Shown piece after piece: positions 1-12,890 of a stretch of DNA of 64,000 nucleotides. The stretch's first letter is position 1. Every line of letters starts with the position of its first letter. Position numbers and translations under genes: made by a program. The notes under the pieces were generated by a model. It ran no database searches and was not told the origin of the DNA. It saw only the letters and a list, made by a program, of their open reading frames with translations. Source of the stretch: Camelus dromedarius (taxonomy: Eukaryota); assembly GCF_036321535.1 (NCBI RefSeq), contig NC_087437.1:31498001-31562000 (forward strand), written 5' to 3'.

Positions 1-3000
1 CTCTTTTGCTCTGTTTTTAATATCCTGGGGTTGTTTTTTGTTGTTTTACTACTTTTTTTTTTTAAAGTTTACTACTTTGACCCTTTATCACCATCTGCTC
101 AATACTCTAAATTCCTACCCATATTTGAGGCTCTGAGACCCTGAACTTACCCCCTTAGCTCATGGCCTGGCACCTCTCACAGTGCCTGTTATACCCTCTT
201 ACACATACTCTCATCTCTTGTGTGCCCCCTGTTCAGAAGGTTTCCTTCTCCAACTTTCTGTTCTGCTCCTGTCCTTCCCTGTCCCCACTCTTCTTCCAAG
301 AAGCAAAGTGCTTGAAGAACTCTTTTCTTCTTGTTCTTCCACACAACCTTTACTTACTGGTGATATTTCCTATTAAACTGCTCCTAAAATTCTTTCTCTC
401 ACAGAAAAATATCTTGGATTGATACTCTAAAGCCTCTTACTTTTCCTGACCTTTGTCCATTCCTGGAGGAGTAACCACCTCCTCTCCCATAATGCTGCAT
501 GCCTATTCTTTGTCCTCTCATTCCCAGAATTTACTTGCCACCAACGAGTTTAGAGAGGCAGATGTACCACTTCTTTGGTTTTACATTTTGTTATTTCTCT
601 CTTGAAGCCTCTGGAGCCAGGGACTACATCTGTTTAGTTCTTTGTGTTGCCTAATACAGCCCACCATCACCATTTCCACACACACAGCTCCTGACTGCTT
701 TCTGATAATATGAAACAATGGTTTGATAAGAGTAGTGGATGTTGAACATTTGGCATTCACATTGCATGAATTTTATACTGATGCAGATTGAGGAGAATAG
801 ACACTCTTGGCTTTGGATGTTGTAAGCATTTCTTGTTTAAGGGAGAGCAGGTGGTAAAATTAATCTTATAAAAAGATAATTTAATGTTTTTCAGATTTTT
901 TGTTTTGTCTCTGTTGAGTCTAGAAAAGCATATTGAAAATCAGAGTTAAAACAGTACTTTGATACATCAATCCACAGAACAGTTCATTGTAGTAAATTAG
1001 GATTTGTCGTGGAAGTTTCATAATGCCCGAAGGACTGAAATGCACTGAGAATGTAGCACAGGCTGCAGCTTTAGATGTCTTTCTCATGCAAATCATTATC
1101 TATGAAGTCTTAATAATACAGGCATAAACAGAAATTGTTAGAGCGATGTCCAGAATAAAATCTGATACTTTAATAGCAAAAAGCGTTGGTGTTTATATTA
1201 TAATGTATGCTAACATAATGACTGTTCTTCTTAGAACTCCTTAAAGAAAATAGTGAGATTTGTTAACTCATAATTGGGAACAGTTACTGGGAAATAAATT
1301 TAAAATGGGAAAATCTGTTTAGAAACTGGAAATGATGTTAAGAGGGAGAAAGAGGTTAATATCTGTCTACTCATTGATAGCATCAGATTCTCCTAAGGGT
1401 AAAGAAAAATTATTTAAAGCAACTTGATGTGAAGTTTAATTTAGGCATAGGAGTTCCAGTTTTCATTGTTTATCTTTTTTGAAGAATTTTCCAGACCTTT
1501 TTTTTAATTAAATATTCCTATTTACCATAAGTAATTTTAAACAAAGCGATGCTCAGATATGATTTAAACTACATTTTATTGTCTTGTTCCCATTTCACAC
1601 TTAATTAAAACTGTATGTTCCTTTTAATACTACATCCTAATGGGATGAAATTAGGCATCCTAATCCTAACTTGAAGTTATGCAAGAAATTAGGATTTTTG
1701 GCAGCTCTTTAGGAATTTTTAAAGGAATGTAAATTTTTACAGTAACTTATGTGCTCCGTGGCACCATTAATTGGTGTATGACTTGAGGGGTTTGTTTTTG
1801 TTGTTTTTCCAAATAGAACCTGATTCACAAATTATGAACATTGGGATGGAGGGTGGGAAATACTTTCTTTCCTTCATATTTGCCAGGGGTGTTTAGTGAG
1901 AGATGTTAATAGGTATTCATGGGTAAAAGGGAAGCGTTGTTATAGCTTTTAGAATATTTATAGTCCTCATCATGGTACTTCATTATCGACCTTAGCATAT
2001 TAAAGGGACTGGGGAGTGTCTACAGTAAGTAAATTGAAAATCTTGGTTACACAAAGTTAAACAAACTTGATCACAGAATGCTTTTTGCATAGAGTACCTA
2101 TTAACAGTCCTTGAAAAAAGTGTTCCAAGAATAGAGTCTAGGGTGTCACACTAACCAGCAAAACCCATAGGTCTGAATTAACACCCTTTTCGAAATCGTA
2201 ATTTACAGCAAGGAAGTAAGTTAATTATTGGGACTATCTGTCCAAACACCTAATTGCACAAGAACCAGTTGTTCTGAGTGCCACTGGATCTGGAGTATGT
2301 GGTTATGTGTTACAGATATTCACTTAGAAATCTGTGGGAAAGCCGGAAAAATGTATTTGGAAACTTGGTCACTCTGCTGATACTTGTGATGTTGTTTTAT
2401 GATTTTTTTTTATGTTTTCTTAAGGAAATTTTGAAATATACACAAAGAGAATGCAGTGAACATTTTGCCAGTTACTTAAAATAATGGTTCAGATGTTTCA
2501 AACACTAGATGAAGTTCCATTAAAAAAGAAGCACAAAATTTTTGGACCACTATAAGTTAATTTTTCAAATGGTTCTGATTTATATAGGGGGACTCCACCC
2601 TACCCCACCCCCAAGTGTATTGAGGTGTTTGTAAAGTGCTGGTTCAGGAGCAGCAGACCAAATAATGACTAAAATTTTCTCATAGCTAAACTTCATAATA
2701 ATCTACACTATTTCATCATGTTTTGTCAATTTTTTCCACCCACAGGATAAAAGATAATATTGATGTTGGGTAGATTAGCAGTACTCGCCTCATCTGGGAT
2801 CATTTTATTTTTCCCATCTTTAGTTCTCCTGTCTTTCATCAGGCAATATTGTGTATTCCTGTTGGCTTAGGTAAACTGATGCCTCTGGAAAAAAGACAAG
2901 CCTCAAGTGAAGTTTCTTTTGTTTCTCTGTCTGCTTTCTGTCAGCTTCATCCTAAAACTGATTCCCTGATTGGCTGAGGCCAGGCTTGGCTCATCCCACT

Positions 3001-3288
3001 TTTGGTGGCGAGCATGAGATTATGTTGATTGGTTTAGGCCAGTGATGCTGTGAGATAGAATCAATCGTGTAATGATGCATGACCTGGAAGTTTTGGTCTT
3101 GTTAAGTAAAGGCACCTAGGAAATGGAGAAGCCACCAGTAATGATGTCCTTTCACTCCAAATAAGACAAGTTTTGAAAATTCTGTAATATGCTATACTAG
3201 ATACTTTTAATGTCTGATGAAATGTTTAGATATTTCTATTTTGCAAATATATTGATACTAACAATTCATTTTTTCTTGGGTCTTTTAG

Positions 3289-3457
3289 AGGACAAGAGTT
3301 TTGGGCAGATTTGAATGCCATGAATGTATACGAAACAGCTGAATTTGACCAACTACGAAGGCTGTCCACACCACCTTCTAGCAATGTCAACTCTGTTTAC
3401 CACACAGTCTGGAAATTCTTCTGCAGGGACCACTTTGGATGGAGAGAGTATCCTGAG
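3289..3457 (+). CDS. TIPARP: TIPARP internal coding exon (probably exon 3), 169 bp, start of the WWE region
   Basis: Polypyrimidine tract and acceptor tcttttag at 3281-3288; reads A GGA CAA GAG TTT TGG... to CCT GAG; donor gtattt at 3458. Confidence 0.95.
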
Positions 3458-6400
3458 GTATTTACAGGTTCTTTTTCCCCAAAGTGCATTTAAATTTTTT
3501 TGTGTTTCACTGTTCATTTCCAACAATGACTAGACAGAACCACAAATCAAAGAGCTTAAATAGATGTAAAACTGAGTCTCGTTGATATAAGTAACACTTA
3601 TTTTTCCTCAATTTTTCTGAAAATGTAATTCTTTTGATTAATCTCCTGGAATCCATAAATAGAATACTAATATTATCAGAAAATGCTTTTCCCAGTATCT
3701 TATACTGTAGAGACTAAGTACTTACAGTGGTAAGTACTCAGACTCGGTGCCGCCTTTGGAGTAATTTAATGAGATGAGCACTGGTGTAACTTTTGGCTGT
3801 GTCTGGCTCCTAGTGATTAGATCATGTGTTACACTTGGCATTTCAGAAGTCTAGTGGGAAACAATCCCTCTTAAGCCCCTGGAAGAAGTACTTGAAAATG
3901 TTTATTGAGCTGTGGTCAGGCAAATCGGTCATTTAAAATTCTATCACATGTGCACATGCATCCTTAGCCTGAGATGGTAAGAATAGCTTATCAGTCACAA
4001 AGCAAGGTTTTAAAATTATGGTGGCTACTTTGCCTCTGAATGAGAATTCTAAGTCACGTTTAAACACCCTGAAATGGACTTTAGAGATTAATTTCACATT
4101 TCAAAGATCTGCCTTCTTCAATTTGATTAAATTCATTCCCAGCATTACAAAAAGGGAGAACTGACTTATCTACCACAGGTTTTCTTTTAAGACAATAGCA
4201 AAAGAAAATGATCTAGTATGTTCATTAGTATAAAACACAATATTGAATAAAAATTTCTGACTCTCTTAAGTAATCATTAGTATCTGATACCTTCCAAAGA
4301 GATTAAGAGGCTGTTTAAAATGTATTTTCAGAATAGCTGGACTGTCCCTGTGTTTCTCCTCTGAGAGGTTTCTTGGGATTTGAACTCAGCTGGTTCATTT
4401 GAACTGCATACACTACCATCTTTAATCCTCTTCTGAAATTTCTTTAAGAAATATAAACAAAAAGATCTCCAGGACATTGTTAAGGCCTCAAAATAAAATA
4501 GACTAGTTCCCTGTGCCCCACATATTTCGTAAGTTGAAGTCCATGTTCTTCTGAACAGGAAGCATCTTTCTATTCTGCATCTTTGAAAAAAATGAATAAA
4601 TAAAATTTCCTACATATAATGGGAAATAATTTGACTAACTGTACTTTATTGAAACTCTTCTGATGTTAACAGTGTGGTTAATTGTTCTTACCTTTAGTTA
4701 TATTAACATTCTTCATATTTTACAGTGATTACATTTATTGTATTTTAAACTTTTTTTCCCCTTTACCTTGTTTTCTACTCCATAGTCTGTTATTCGATTG
4801 ATTGAAGAAGCCAACTCTCGGGGTCTGAAAGAAGTCCGGTTTATGATGTGGAACAACCACTACATTCTTCACAACTCATTCTTCAGGAGAGAAATAAAAA
4901 GGAGACCCCTCTTCCGCTCCTGTTTTATACTGCTTCCATATTTACAGTAAGTGTCCAGTGGAAGTCGCATCTTTACTCTCATTTTATGTAAATGTACAGC
5001 TGAATACCAAAGAGAAAAAGACTGACACTAACTTTTTTATTACCTCTAGAATGTGAAATTCTGAGTTATTCTTCAATTCTTCAAATAATAGTATCGGGTT
5101 AGTTGTAGCTTATCTGAACTCTAAAGGAGTGAGTACCCTATTGGATTTTTTGAACTGAAAAAGTAAACATTCTTCCACAACTAAAAGTAATTATGTCTAG
5201 AATGAGGCAGAGTTTGCATTTGCCTCCTTCATGAAAGATTGAGATTCCCTTCCGTGTTACGGGAGTTTCCCAGCCCTGGCAGGCCGTCTTGGCGAGTAGA
5301 GAGAGTCCCTCAAGATGGAGTCCTCCATTCTTCTTCCTTGAGTGAGTTTGTATGAGAAGTCATCACCTTTTCAAAGAATTTGCATCCTCATTTGCTAATT
5401 AAGGCCCATCTTCCTGTAATACTCACTAAAATTACCTGTCAGACTTTTACGTTGAGACTGAACTCATCCTTCTGAGTTATAGATGAACTCTCCTTCTACT
5501 TTCCCAAGTGCCATTTTTCCTTTCCCTCTCTGGAGAGCCCACTGGCACATCTCAGTAGATGCCAAAAGGTGGGCACTTTACAATTAGCATGGCCATCTTT
5601 TGAAAGTATTCTAGGGAAGCCATTACATACTCTAGTCAGATATACCATATTTGAGCTTGATTTTTTTAAATGATAGTAGATTTACTTGGTTTTATGAATT
5701 GGGGAGGTCTACATTAATACTGGTTGGTCTCTTCTGATCTTTGAGGTGAAGATAATTTTTTAATATTCTTATTAGTAGTTTTTTATTTCAAGCCCAAAGT
5801 GTTTTTCCCAGATAATTATGGCAGAATCTTAATGATTCTAATTCTGAGATTGCAAAGAGAACATTCCCTGAAACGCTCAGTATCCAAAAACAGTTTGTTA
5901 AAAGGCCAGATTTAGAAATAGATACTGATTTGAGGTAAATGTGTGCTTTCTTCCTAGTCCAAGTGTGAAAAATTTTACCTTGTAGGGTTTTTTTTATTAG
6001 AAACTAATAAAAATGCCATTCTGTGATTTCACTATCACAGCTGGAGATAGCGTCAGCGTCCAGTAGTTAGGAACATACTGTCCTCCTAGTGAGACAGTAG
6101 GACTCATTAGTGAGACCAGCAGCCTGGCATGCTGAGCCAATCAAGCAAGATGCAGCTTCTATGTGAAAGGAAGAATGCTCATTCAAGTGCTGTACCGTTG
6201 GGGAGTTTTACAGAATGGTGAAAATTGATTTGTCTTAGGATTGAAACAAGTAATTATGGAATACCCTCTCTCCCTATCTTTGTTTTTAAACTTAGGCTTG
6301 TTTTGTAAAAGTATGAACTATGAAAATAAGATAAGCAGGTAGTAGAATTAATGCCACAAATAGGGCCTTACTATTTATAACATGGGCTTACAAGAGAACA

Positions 6401-9400
6401 AAGAAAGTCACTCTGTTCTTTTCCTTATTCTTTTTAAAATTTCCTATTTTAGTCGTCTTGTCTGGAACACTGATAATTGGGCATAAAGTAAGAGCTTAGC
6501 AAATCAAAAAGATTATGCAGACATTTCAACGGGAAAAGAGCAGAGCAGCAGAAAGTTCACCAGGGTGGAATGGGAAAACGCAGCCATTCAGTTCCTATCT
6601 GCCCTAGAGTCTGGGACTGAGGGGGCACTTGGGCCGGCCTAGTGGGGAGGAGGAGGAGGAGGGAGACTAGTTCCCAAAAGCAGCTTTCAGAAGCAAATTT
6701 CTAGAGAGACCGTGATCTTAGCCAGGAAGAAAATTTTGTTCTTAAATGTGAGTAAATGCAAAGGGTCAAAGAAAAACATAGGTGTCCCAAAGGCCACAAT
6801 TATCAGGGAATCAGAGACACCTAAGAATTGGGAATGCTAGACTTGGGAGGAGGTTGAGGAGCACTGGCTTAATTCATGAATTTCCTGCAGATGTGGCTCT
6901 TTTTAAATGAGTGTTTCCCTGCTGCTGTTTTTCCCCTTCCAGTTTTATTGAGATATAATTGACATCAAACATTCTATAAATTTAAGGTATACAGCATAGT
7001 GATGTAACATATAAATATATATAATATAGTAAAATTACTACCACAGTCAAGTTTCGCTAATATTCCTAATGGTTAAAAAATTTCCTGTGTGTTTGCCAAT
7101 TTCTAGTAGGGCTGATAAAAAGCATCTTATTCCTTAGTATTAGAATACTTGAGCTGAGGCTGCATAAAACAAATATTCGACTTAGAGGTTTGGAAGTCCA
7201 TTTCAGCTGAAAGGACTTCTACCTTGTGCAGTCACCTCTTGGTCAGGAGGAGGCCTGAAAGGATTTCTTTGACTTGTCCCCAAATAGGATAAAATGAATT
7301 AATTTTTCCCTCATCACTGAAATAGGTTAGGAAGCCTTTCAGAATGGCCAGGGGAGGGAAGGAGAGTGATAAAAGGTGACCTTGGATTCTGAAAATTCAT
7401 TCATCAGAGGCCCTGAGTACAGGCTCCGTAGCCTTCGACTCTGCGGGTCTAAAGCAGGCCGGCGCGCACGTGGAGCGTTACCCGAGTGCCCGCGGGCTGA
7501 GCGCTGGCCCCGCAGCCTCCGAAAACAAAGCCGCGTGTGAAACTGTCTTTAGAATATGGATTTTTAACCCCTGGCAACAAGAGTGTAGAAGTTCATCAGA
7601 TAGATGTCCACATGCATTTTTATGTTTTAGCCCAACTAGGATGCTAGCTTATTAAAAAGCATCAAGGGGTAGGAATGGATGCTTAACCAAATATATAAGA
7701 AACCTAATTTAATTTCATGGGATGGACAGGATTTATTTTCGCAGGCACATTTTCAAGCATATGTAAGGAAATAACGGAGCCCCATTTCCCTGAAAAAGGA
7801 AAGGATACATTTTGTGAAACTGATTTCTAGGCAGGAGTGGTATCAGAAAGAAAAGGAGCAATGACAGCGTGAAACCTATTTTGGGCAGAGTGGTTGGGAG
7901 AATCTTACCTTCCTCCTTCAACCCAGAAACTTTTGTTGATAACTTCACCCCCTAACAGGACTGGAAGGCCTGGCGGGCTAGGACATACTCTCTTTGCAGA
8001 GCAGGGGTAGAGAGAACAGCTAAAATAAAGAGATTATATTCTACTTCCTGCCATTCCTTCAGAATAGTGATGGCTTTTTAAGGAGTCACAGACCTTTCAG
8101 AATCTGATTAAAGCAGTTGGGCCTCTCAGAAAAATGTACCAGCGAAAGGAAGGCTCTGGAGGAATCTGTCAGGGCTTTGTGAAAATGCTCCAGAAGACAG
8201 AGCTCTTGTGCCTTCTGTTGTGAAGGTTGGAGAAACCAGCATCCTTTTAGGTCTGCTCCTGAATTTAAAAGCACCGCAGGGGAATTCTGCTGTAAGCCCT
8301 GGATCCACCCAGAGATGTCTCTTCCTCACAAAAGTATTTGGAGGCAGAATAAATCGGAGGCACAGCTACTTGAAGGGGGTAGGGGCTAGAGAAGGCAGTT
8401 GCGCCTTTACAGCTTTTAGCTTCTAATCAAGCCATCTCTTAAAAATCAAAAGACCGTGAGGTAGTGGTAATGGTAGTGGGGGTCAGGCAGACCTGAGTTG
8501 CATTCCTAGTATCTGTCCATCACAAAGAAAGAAAGAAATATATGTGTATATGAATTGTAAAGTATATGGAAATGCAGAGTATGCACTTAGAAACTAGATA
8601 AGCTTGCACTCAAATCCTGTCTGTTCTTTACTAGTGAGGCAGGCAGTTTTTTGAAAGGTGTGGATAACCAAGCCATCTTACAGGGTTGCTATATGTAGCA
8701 ATACTCTGTGTAAAATGCTTGCTCCATAGTATGTGCTTAGTATCAGGTGGCTGTAATTATGAGGAGGCTGATGGTAAGATATGCTCTCAGAGATTAGATG
8801 CATGTTCACCCACAGTTGTAACCTCTGTGTCACAAAGCTCTTTTGAAAATTTCAGTTTCCTAATCCATTTGGCAGACTTACTGCTTCCTTGTGACTACTG
8901 CATGCTGATGGGTCTCAGGGGCAGGATTTCCTTTCTCTCTGCTTCTTCCCTTTTGCTCTGATTTGAAAATGGCCAAGAAATATGATTTAAATCATTTAAT
9001 CAGGGAGGAATAAGTAACAAAGCTGCTGCTTGTCTAAACTGATCCTTCAAAGTAACAGACCTGAATTTATGGTTCAAGGATATTCTGGTGTCTAGAGCTT
9101 AAAGTAATTAGCTCCATCTTAAGCATATCTGAAGTTATAAAATTTGAATAGTATTGATGGTTTTGTTGTTATATGTGGTATTTTAAAATGAAGCAGTTGC
9201 TCGCTCTCTTGCCTTCTGAGACAGCCTGCACTCTATCTATGGAGTGTGTAGCTTTCTAAACTTGCTTTCACTTAAAAAAAAAAAAAAAAAAAAAGCAAAT
9301 GCCAAATGTCACCTTTTAATACCTGCTCTATGGTTTTTGTTTGTTTTCATACAAAGCCTACAGTGTAAGCTTTTTATTTTTAATATTTTCTCTCATCTCC

Positions 9401-11253
9401 CTGGAAGCTCTCTCTTGCCCACCTGCCTCACTTTGTCTCCGCTCACTATGCACCCCCATCTACGTAGCCTTCAGTAATGATGTGTTTTTTGCTTAGTACA
9501 GCAGTTTGAAGAATGCATGCAGATTATCGTTCCTCCCTTGAAACAGAGTTTAAATCTATAGGCAAAAGAGGAATCCAGGAATCAGAATGTGAAGTTATTT
9601 ATAAATTAGTTCTTGCTTGCTAGCCTTGCAGCATTACATTCCAGAGTTTTCTCCATAAGGAGGAGGCCAGGGAAAGCCAATAAATAATAGGTTATCTCTG
9701 TACAATCAGTGTTTGCTGTAAGATTTTTTTAATAGATATCATTTTCTATATTGTTTTTTAAAAAGCATTTGGCCTATGCAAATTGTAACATTAGACACTG
9801 CGATGGAGTGCTCTAATGTGAGGTGTACTCACTGCTGAGTGTTTGACATTGCCATTCCTCCCTTTCCCTTCTAGGACACTTGGTGGTGTTCCCACACAGG
9901 CTCCTCCGCCACTTGAAGCAACCTCCTCATCACAGATCATATGCCCTGATGGAGTCACCTCAGCAAACTTTTACCCTGAAACTTGGGTTTATATGCATCC
10001 ATCTCAGGACTTCATCCAAGTGCCTGTTTCTGCAGAGGACAAAAGTTATCGAATCATTTATAATCTTTTTCATAAGACTGTGCCTGAATTTAAATATAGA
10101 ATTTTGCAAATATTGAGAGTCCAAAACCAATTTCTTTGGGAGAAATATAAAAGGTGAGTCAGCAGTATGAAAAGTTCAAGAGAGCTTTTCTTCATGTAGC
10201 TGATGACAAGTGACACAGTAGTCAAGACTTACACAGAACTTAATATGTCATCTTTTTAATATTAACTCATGTAATTCTCATAACACACCTGTAAGTAGGA
10301 TTCTTACAGTCTCCATTTTACAGAGAGGAAACAGTCACAGGAAGGTTGGGTAGCCTGCCACACGTCACATGGCTGAGAAGATACGGTGCTGGCATTTGAA
10401 CCCCGGCAGTCTAGCACCAGAGGCCTTGTTCTTAATCACTTTACTGTGTGGCCTCTCAAGTCCCCAACAAATTAATGGAATTCAAAGGGGATGCAGGTCG
10501 TTCTGAGAAACTTCAGAATTAAGGTGTAATTAGACAGGGAAGTCATCCTGAGAAGGTAAGATGTGAGAATGAACTAGATTTGAAATGCAAGAGAGAAAAC
10601 AAGTGAACAAACGGCTGGTGGAGAAAAAAGGAAAAGGGCTTTTCTTGTCTGTGGTGGAAAAGTCTAAATTTTTAGTATGATCTTTGATGGTATTTTGCCC
10701 TCGATACCTCCGCTGAAACCATAGAGACGTTTATGACTGCATCATGCCTATTGAACTGACCTATACTTCCCTTTTTCTGAATTTCCTGACCACTCTTTGC
10801 ATTAGGAAAAAGGAATATATGAACAGGAAAATGTTTGGCCGTGACAGAATAATAAATGAGAGACATTTATTTCATGGAACATCCCAGGATGTGGTCGACG
10901 GAATCTGTAAGCACAACTTTGACCCTCGAGTCTGTGGAAAGCACGCTACGATGTTTGGACAAGGCAGTTACTTTGCAAAGAAGGCAAGCTACTCTCATAA
11001 CTTTTCTAAGAAGTCCTCCAAAGGAGTCCATTTCATGTTTCTGGCCAAAGTGCTGACTGGCAGGTACACGATGGGCAGCCATGGCATGAGGAGGCCCCCG
11101 CCCGTCAACCCCGGCAGTGTCACCAGCGACCTGTATGACTCTTGTGTGGATAATTTCTTTGAGCCTCAGATTTTTGTCATTTTTAATGATGACCAGAGTT
11201 ACCCTTATTTTGTTATCCAGTATGAAGAAGTCAGTAACACTGTTTCCATTTGA
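3289..11253 (+). CDS. TIPARP: TIPARP/PARP7, 5'-partial spliced CDS: join(3289-3457,4786-4946,9875-10153,10806-11253)
   Basis: The four exons splice in frame through canonical GT-AG introns into one peptide GQEFWADLNAMNVYETAEFDQLRR...WREYPE/SVIRLIEEANSRG...LLPYLQ/TLGGVPTQAPP...FLWEKYKR/KKEYMNRK...HLFHGT...YPYFVIQYEEVSNTVSI*. I recognise this as the C-terminal ~350 aa of mammalian TIPARP. Upstream exons lie outside the window. Confidence 0.97.
4786..4946 (+). CDS. TIPARP: TIPARP internal coding exon (probably exon 4), 161 bp; absent from the ORF track
   Basis: Acceptor ...ttttctactccatag ends at 4785; translates SVIRLIEEANSRGLKEVRFMMWNNHYILHNSFFRREIKRRPLFRSCFILLPYL(Q); donor gtaagt at 4947; phases match both neighbouring exons. 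Confidence 0.95.
6935..7060 (-). mobile_element. L1 (L1MA-like) 3' end fragment in a TIPARP intron
   Basis: ttttattgagatataattgaca...aaatttaaggtatacagcatagtgat is the typical reverse-complement L1 3' terminus. Confidence 0.75.
8066..8142. mobile_element. MER117-like hAT-Charlie fragment
   Basis: gtcacagacctttcagaatctgattaaagcagttgggcctctcagaaaaatg resembles the MER117 consensus as I recall it. Confidence 0.4.
9875..10153 (+). CDS. TIPARP: TIPARP internal coding exon (probably exon 5), 279 bp, start of the PARP catalytic domain
   Basis: Acceptor cctttcccttctag ends at 9874; translates TLGGVPTQAPPPLEATSSSQIICPDG...LRVQNQFLWEKYK(R); donor gtgagt at 10154. Confidence 0.96.
10270..10450 (-). mobile_element. 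MIR SINE in the last TIPARP intron
   Basis: MIR core ccattttacagagaggaaac...gtcacatggct...ggcatttgaaccccggcagtctag. Confidence 0.8.
10806..11253 (+). CDS. TIPARP: TIPARP last coding exon (probably exon 6), PARP catalytic core and stop codon
   Basis: Acceptor ctctttgcattag ends at 10805. Motifs HLFHGT (His CAT 10873-10875), FGQGSYFA (Tyr TAC 10969-10971) and EPQIFVIF (Ile ATT 11170-11172) give the H-Y-I mono-ART triad. Stop TGA at 11251-11253. Confidence 0.97.
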
Positions 11254-12865
11254 AAAACCTTGGTACTGCTAAATTATTTGTATGAACTCAATCCAGCATT
11301 TGTAGCAGGTTTTGGACGGGTGGGACAGAGCGGGGGAACAGCATTGGACATTAATAGGGCACTTTTAAGAGCTATTTTTTTAAGTGCTAGAAAGTGAGAT
11401 TTTTAAGAAAAACACAGGTTTTAAAATGACCACTTATTCTTTAATTATTTACTAATTGTTGTTAGTGTACTCAGTGTGGAAAAGACTACATATTGCACAC
11501 TCTTTTCACTCACACTTGTACATATAGGCAGCAATGTTATTAGGAGCATTTTAAAGAAACCGAGCAGCCTAACTAATTACATGTGACTCAAGTCTGGTAG
11601 GAGTTTGGCCAGATGACATGGAGGCTGCGAGCTAAGTGCGGATTCTGTTTATTTACAAAGATAAAACTGCCTGGAACTAGTACTACCACACTGACTCCTT
11701 GTCCAGAGCACCAGTGCTGTGGGGTAGGATGAGTTCATGGCATCCTGGTGGGTGGAAAGAAGCTTCTGTCAGTAGGACTGAAACGTGTCACCCCACCAGA
11801 GAGCATCCATGACTTTCACTGTTCTGCAGAGTTTGCCTGAGAACTCGGGTTCTTTTTAGAGGAAGTAAGAAAAAAGGAAACATGTGGAAAATTTTTGTCA
11901 CCAGCAAAATTTTTCATTAACTGGTTATATGAAATGTGATTCTTGTGTTGTTAAACTTCAGCCTCGGAAAACTCAAGTCTCTTTCATTGCCATCCTCCCC
12001 AGCTTGAAGGAGGTGGGCACCTTATTTGGTTAAAGCCAGTCTTGAGAATTAGAAGTATTACTTCTGATGAGGGTTGCAGACTCAGGCCCTGACCGAAGGC
12101 TTTAGAGGAAGGGAGTCCATCTGTAACTGGATTGATCAGGTTTATTACTGTGCTTTGCACAAGGCAGACCCTCCAGAACGCACTCACTGACATGGAAATG
12201 CTGTTAAAGGAGGTGAGCCCACTCCTACACCTGCTTAGCCAGAGGCAGCTGGGTTCCCCAGCCAGCTCTGTCTTACACTGCTTCACAGAAACACAAGTTT
12301 GGAAAGTGAGGCCCTGGCCCCGCAGGGATGGCGTTAGGTGAGCGTGCCGACACCTCAGCTCGGAGCCTCGTGGCCCCGTGCGCTTCGCCCTCAGCAGATA
12401 CCCGGGATTTACAAAAGTGGAAGTAGTTGTTCACAAGAGAATTCACCACAGAATTCTCTCAGATACCAAGCTCTCCTAGTATGTCTGTGGTTATTTCATT
12501 CACACACAACTCTTCAGGAACTAGTGTTGTTTAGAGCAAGATATATCTATACTGATGTCTCAGTGAATCAGCCTGTTCAAGCACTTGTCGGGGCTTCCAC
12601 AGTTATTTATTTTGCCCTAGTTGGTCCTGTTGTTTGCTGCCATTGGCATGAAACAGCCAATTGTGGCTGGTACAGCTGTCCTTTCATTCAGTTACGAATT
12701 GTAAACCAGTGATTCCCAACCTTTTCAAGTTAAGACACCTTACCATTGCTTATTTGATTTTATGAAACTTGTTCCTTTTTTTCTCCCTAAAGGAAAAAAG
12801 CTTTATGACATATTTATTTTTTTAATAAAACTAAGCAAAAATAAAAGTTCTGGTAATTCTTTAAA
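11254..12865 (+). other. TIPARP: TIPARP 3'UTR (end approximate)
   Basis: No recognisable interspersed repeat from the stop codon to the tandem AATAAA signals; AU-rich at both ends. Confidence 0.8.
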
Positions 12866-12890
12866 ACTTCTTGTTGTCTTGGTTCCATTT
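12824..12890 (+). terminator. Polyadenylation signal region of TIPARP
   Basis: AATAAA at 12824-12829 and 12840-12845, a U-rich tract upstream and a GU/U-rich element (cttcttgttgtcttggtt) at ~12867-12884. Confidence 0.8.

Noticed and set aside
3287..3290. Tandem AG-AG alternative acceptor
   Set aside because: Using the second AG shifts the frame by 2 nt relative to the acceptor that gives the expected 169-bp exon; nothing supports its use.
10744..10805. In-frame intronic ATG extending the last exon into a 169-aa ORF
   Set aside because: The extension runs through the branch/polypyrimidine region before the AG at 10804-10805, and the product would lack the part of the catalytic domain encoded by the previous exon.
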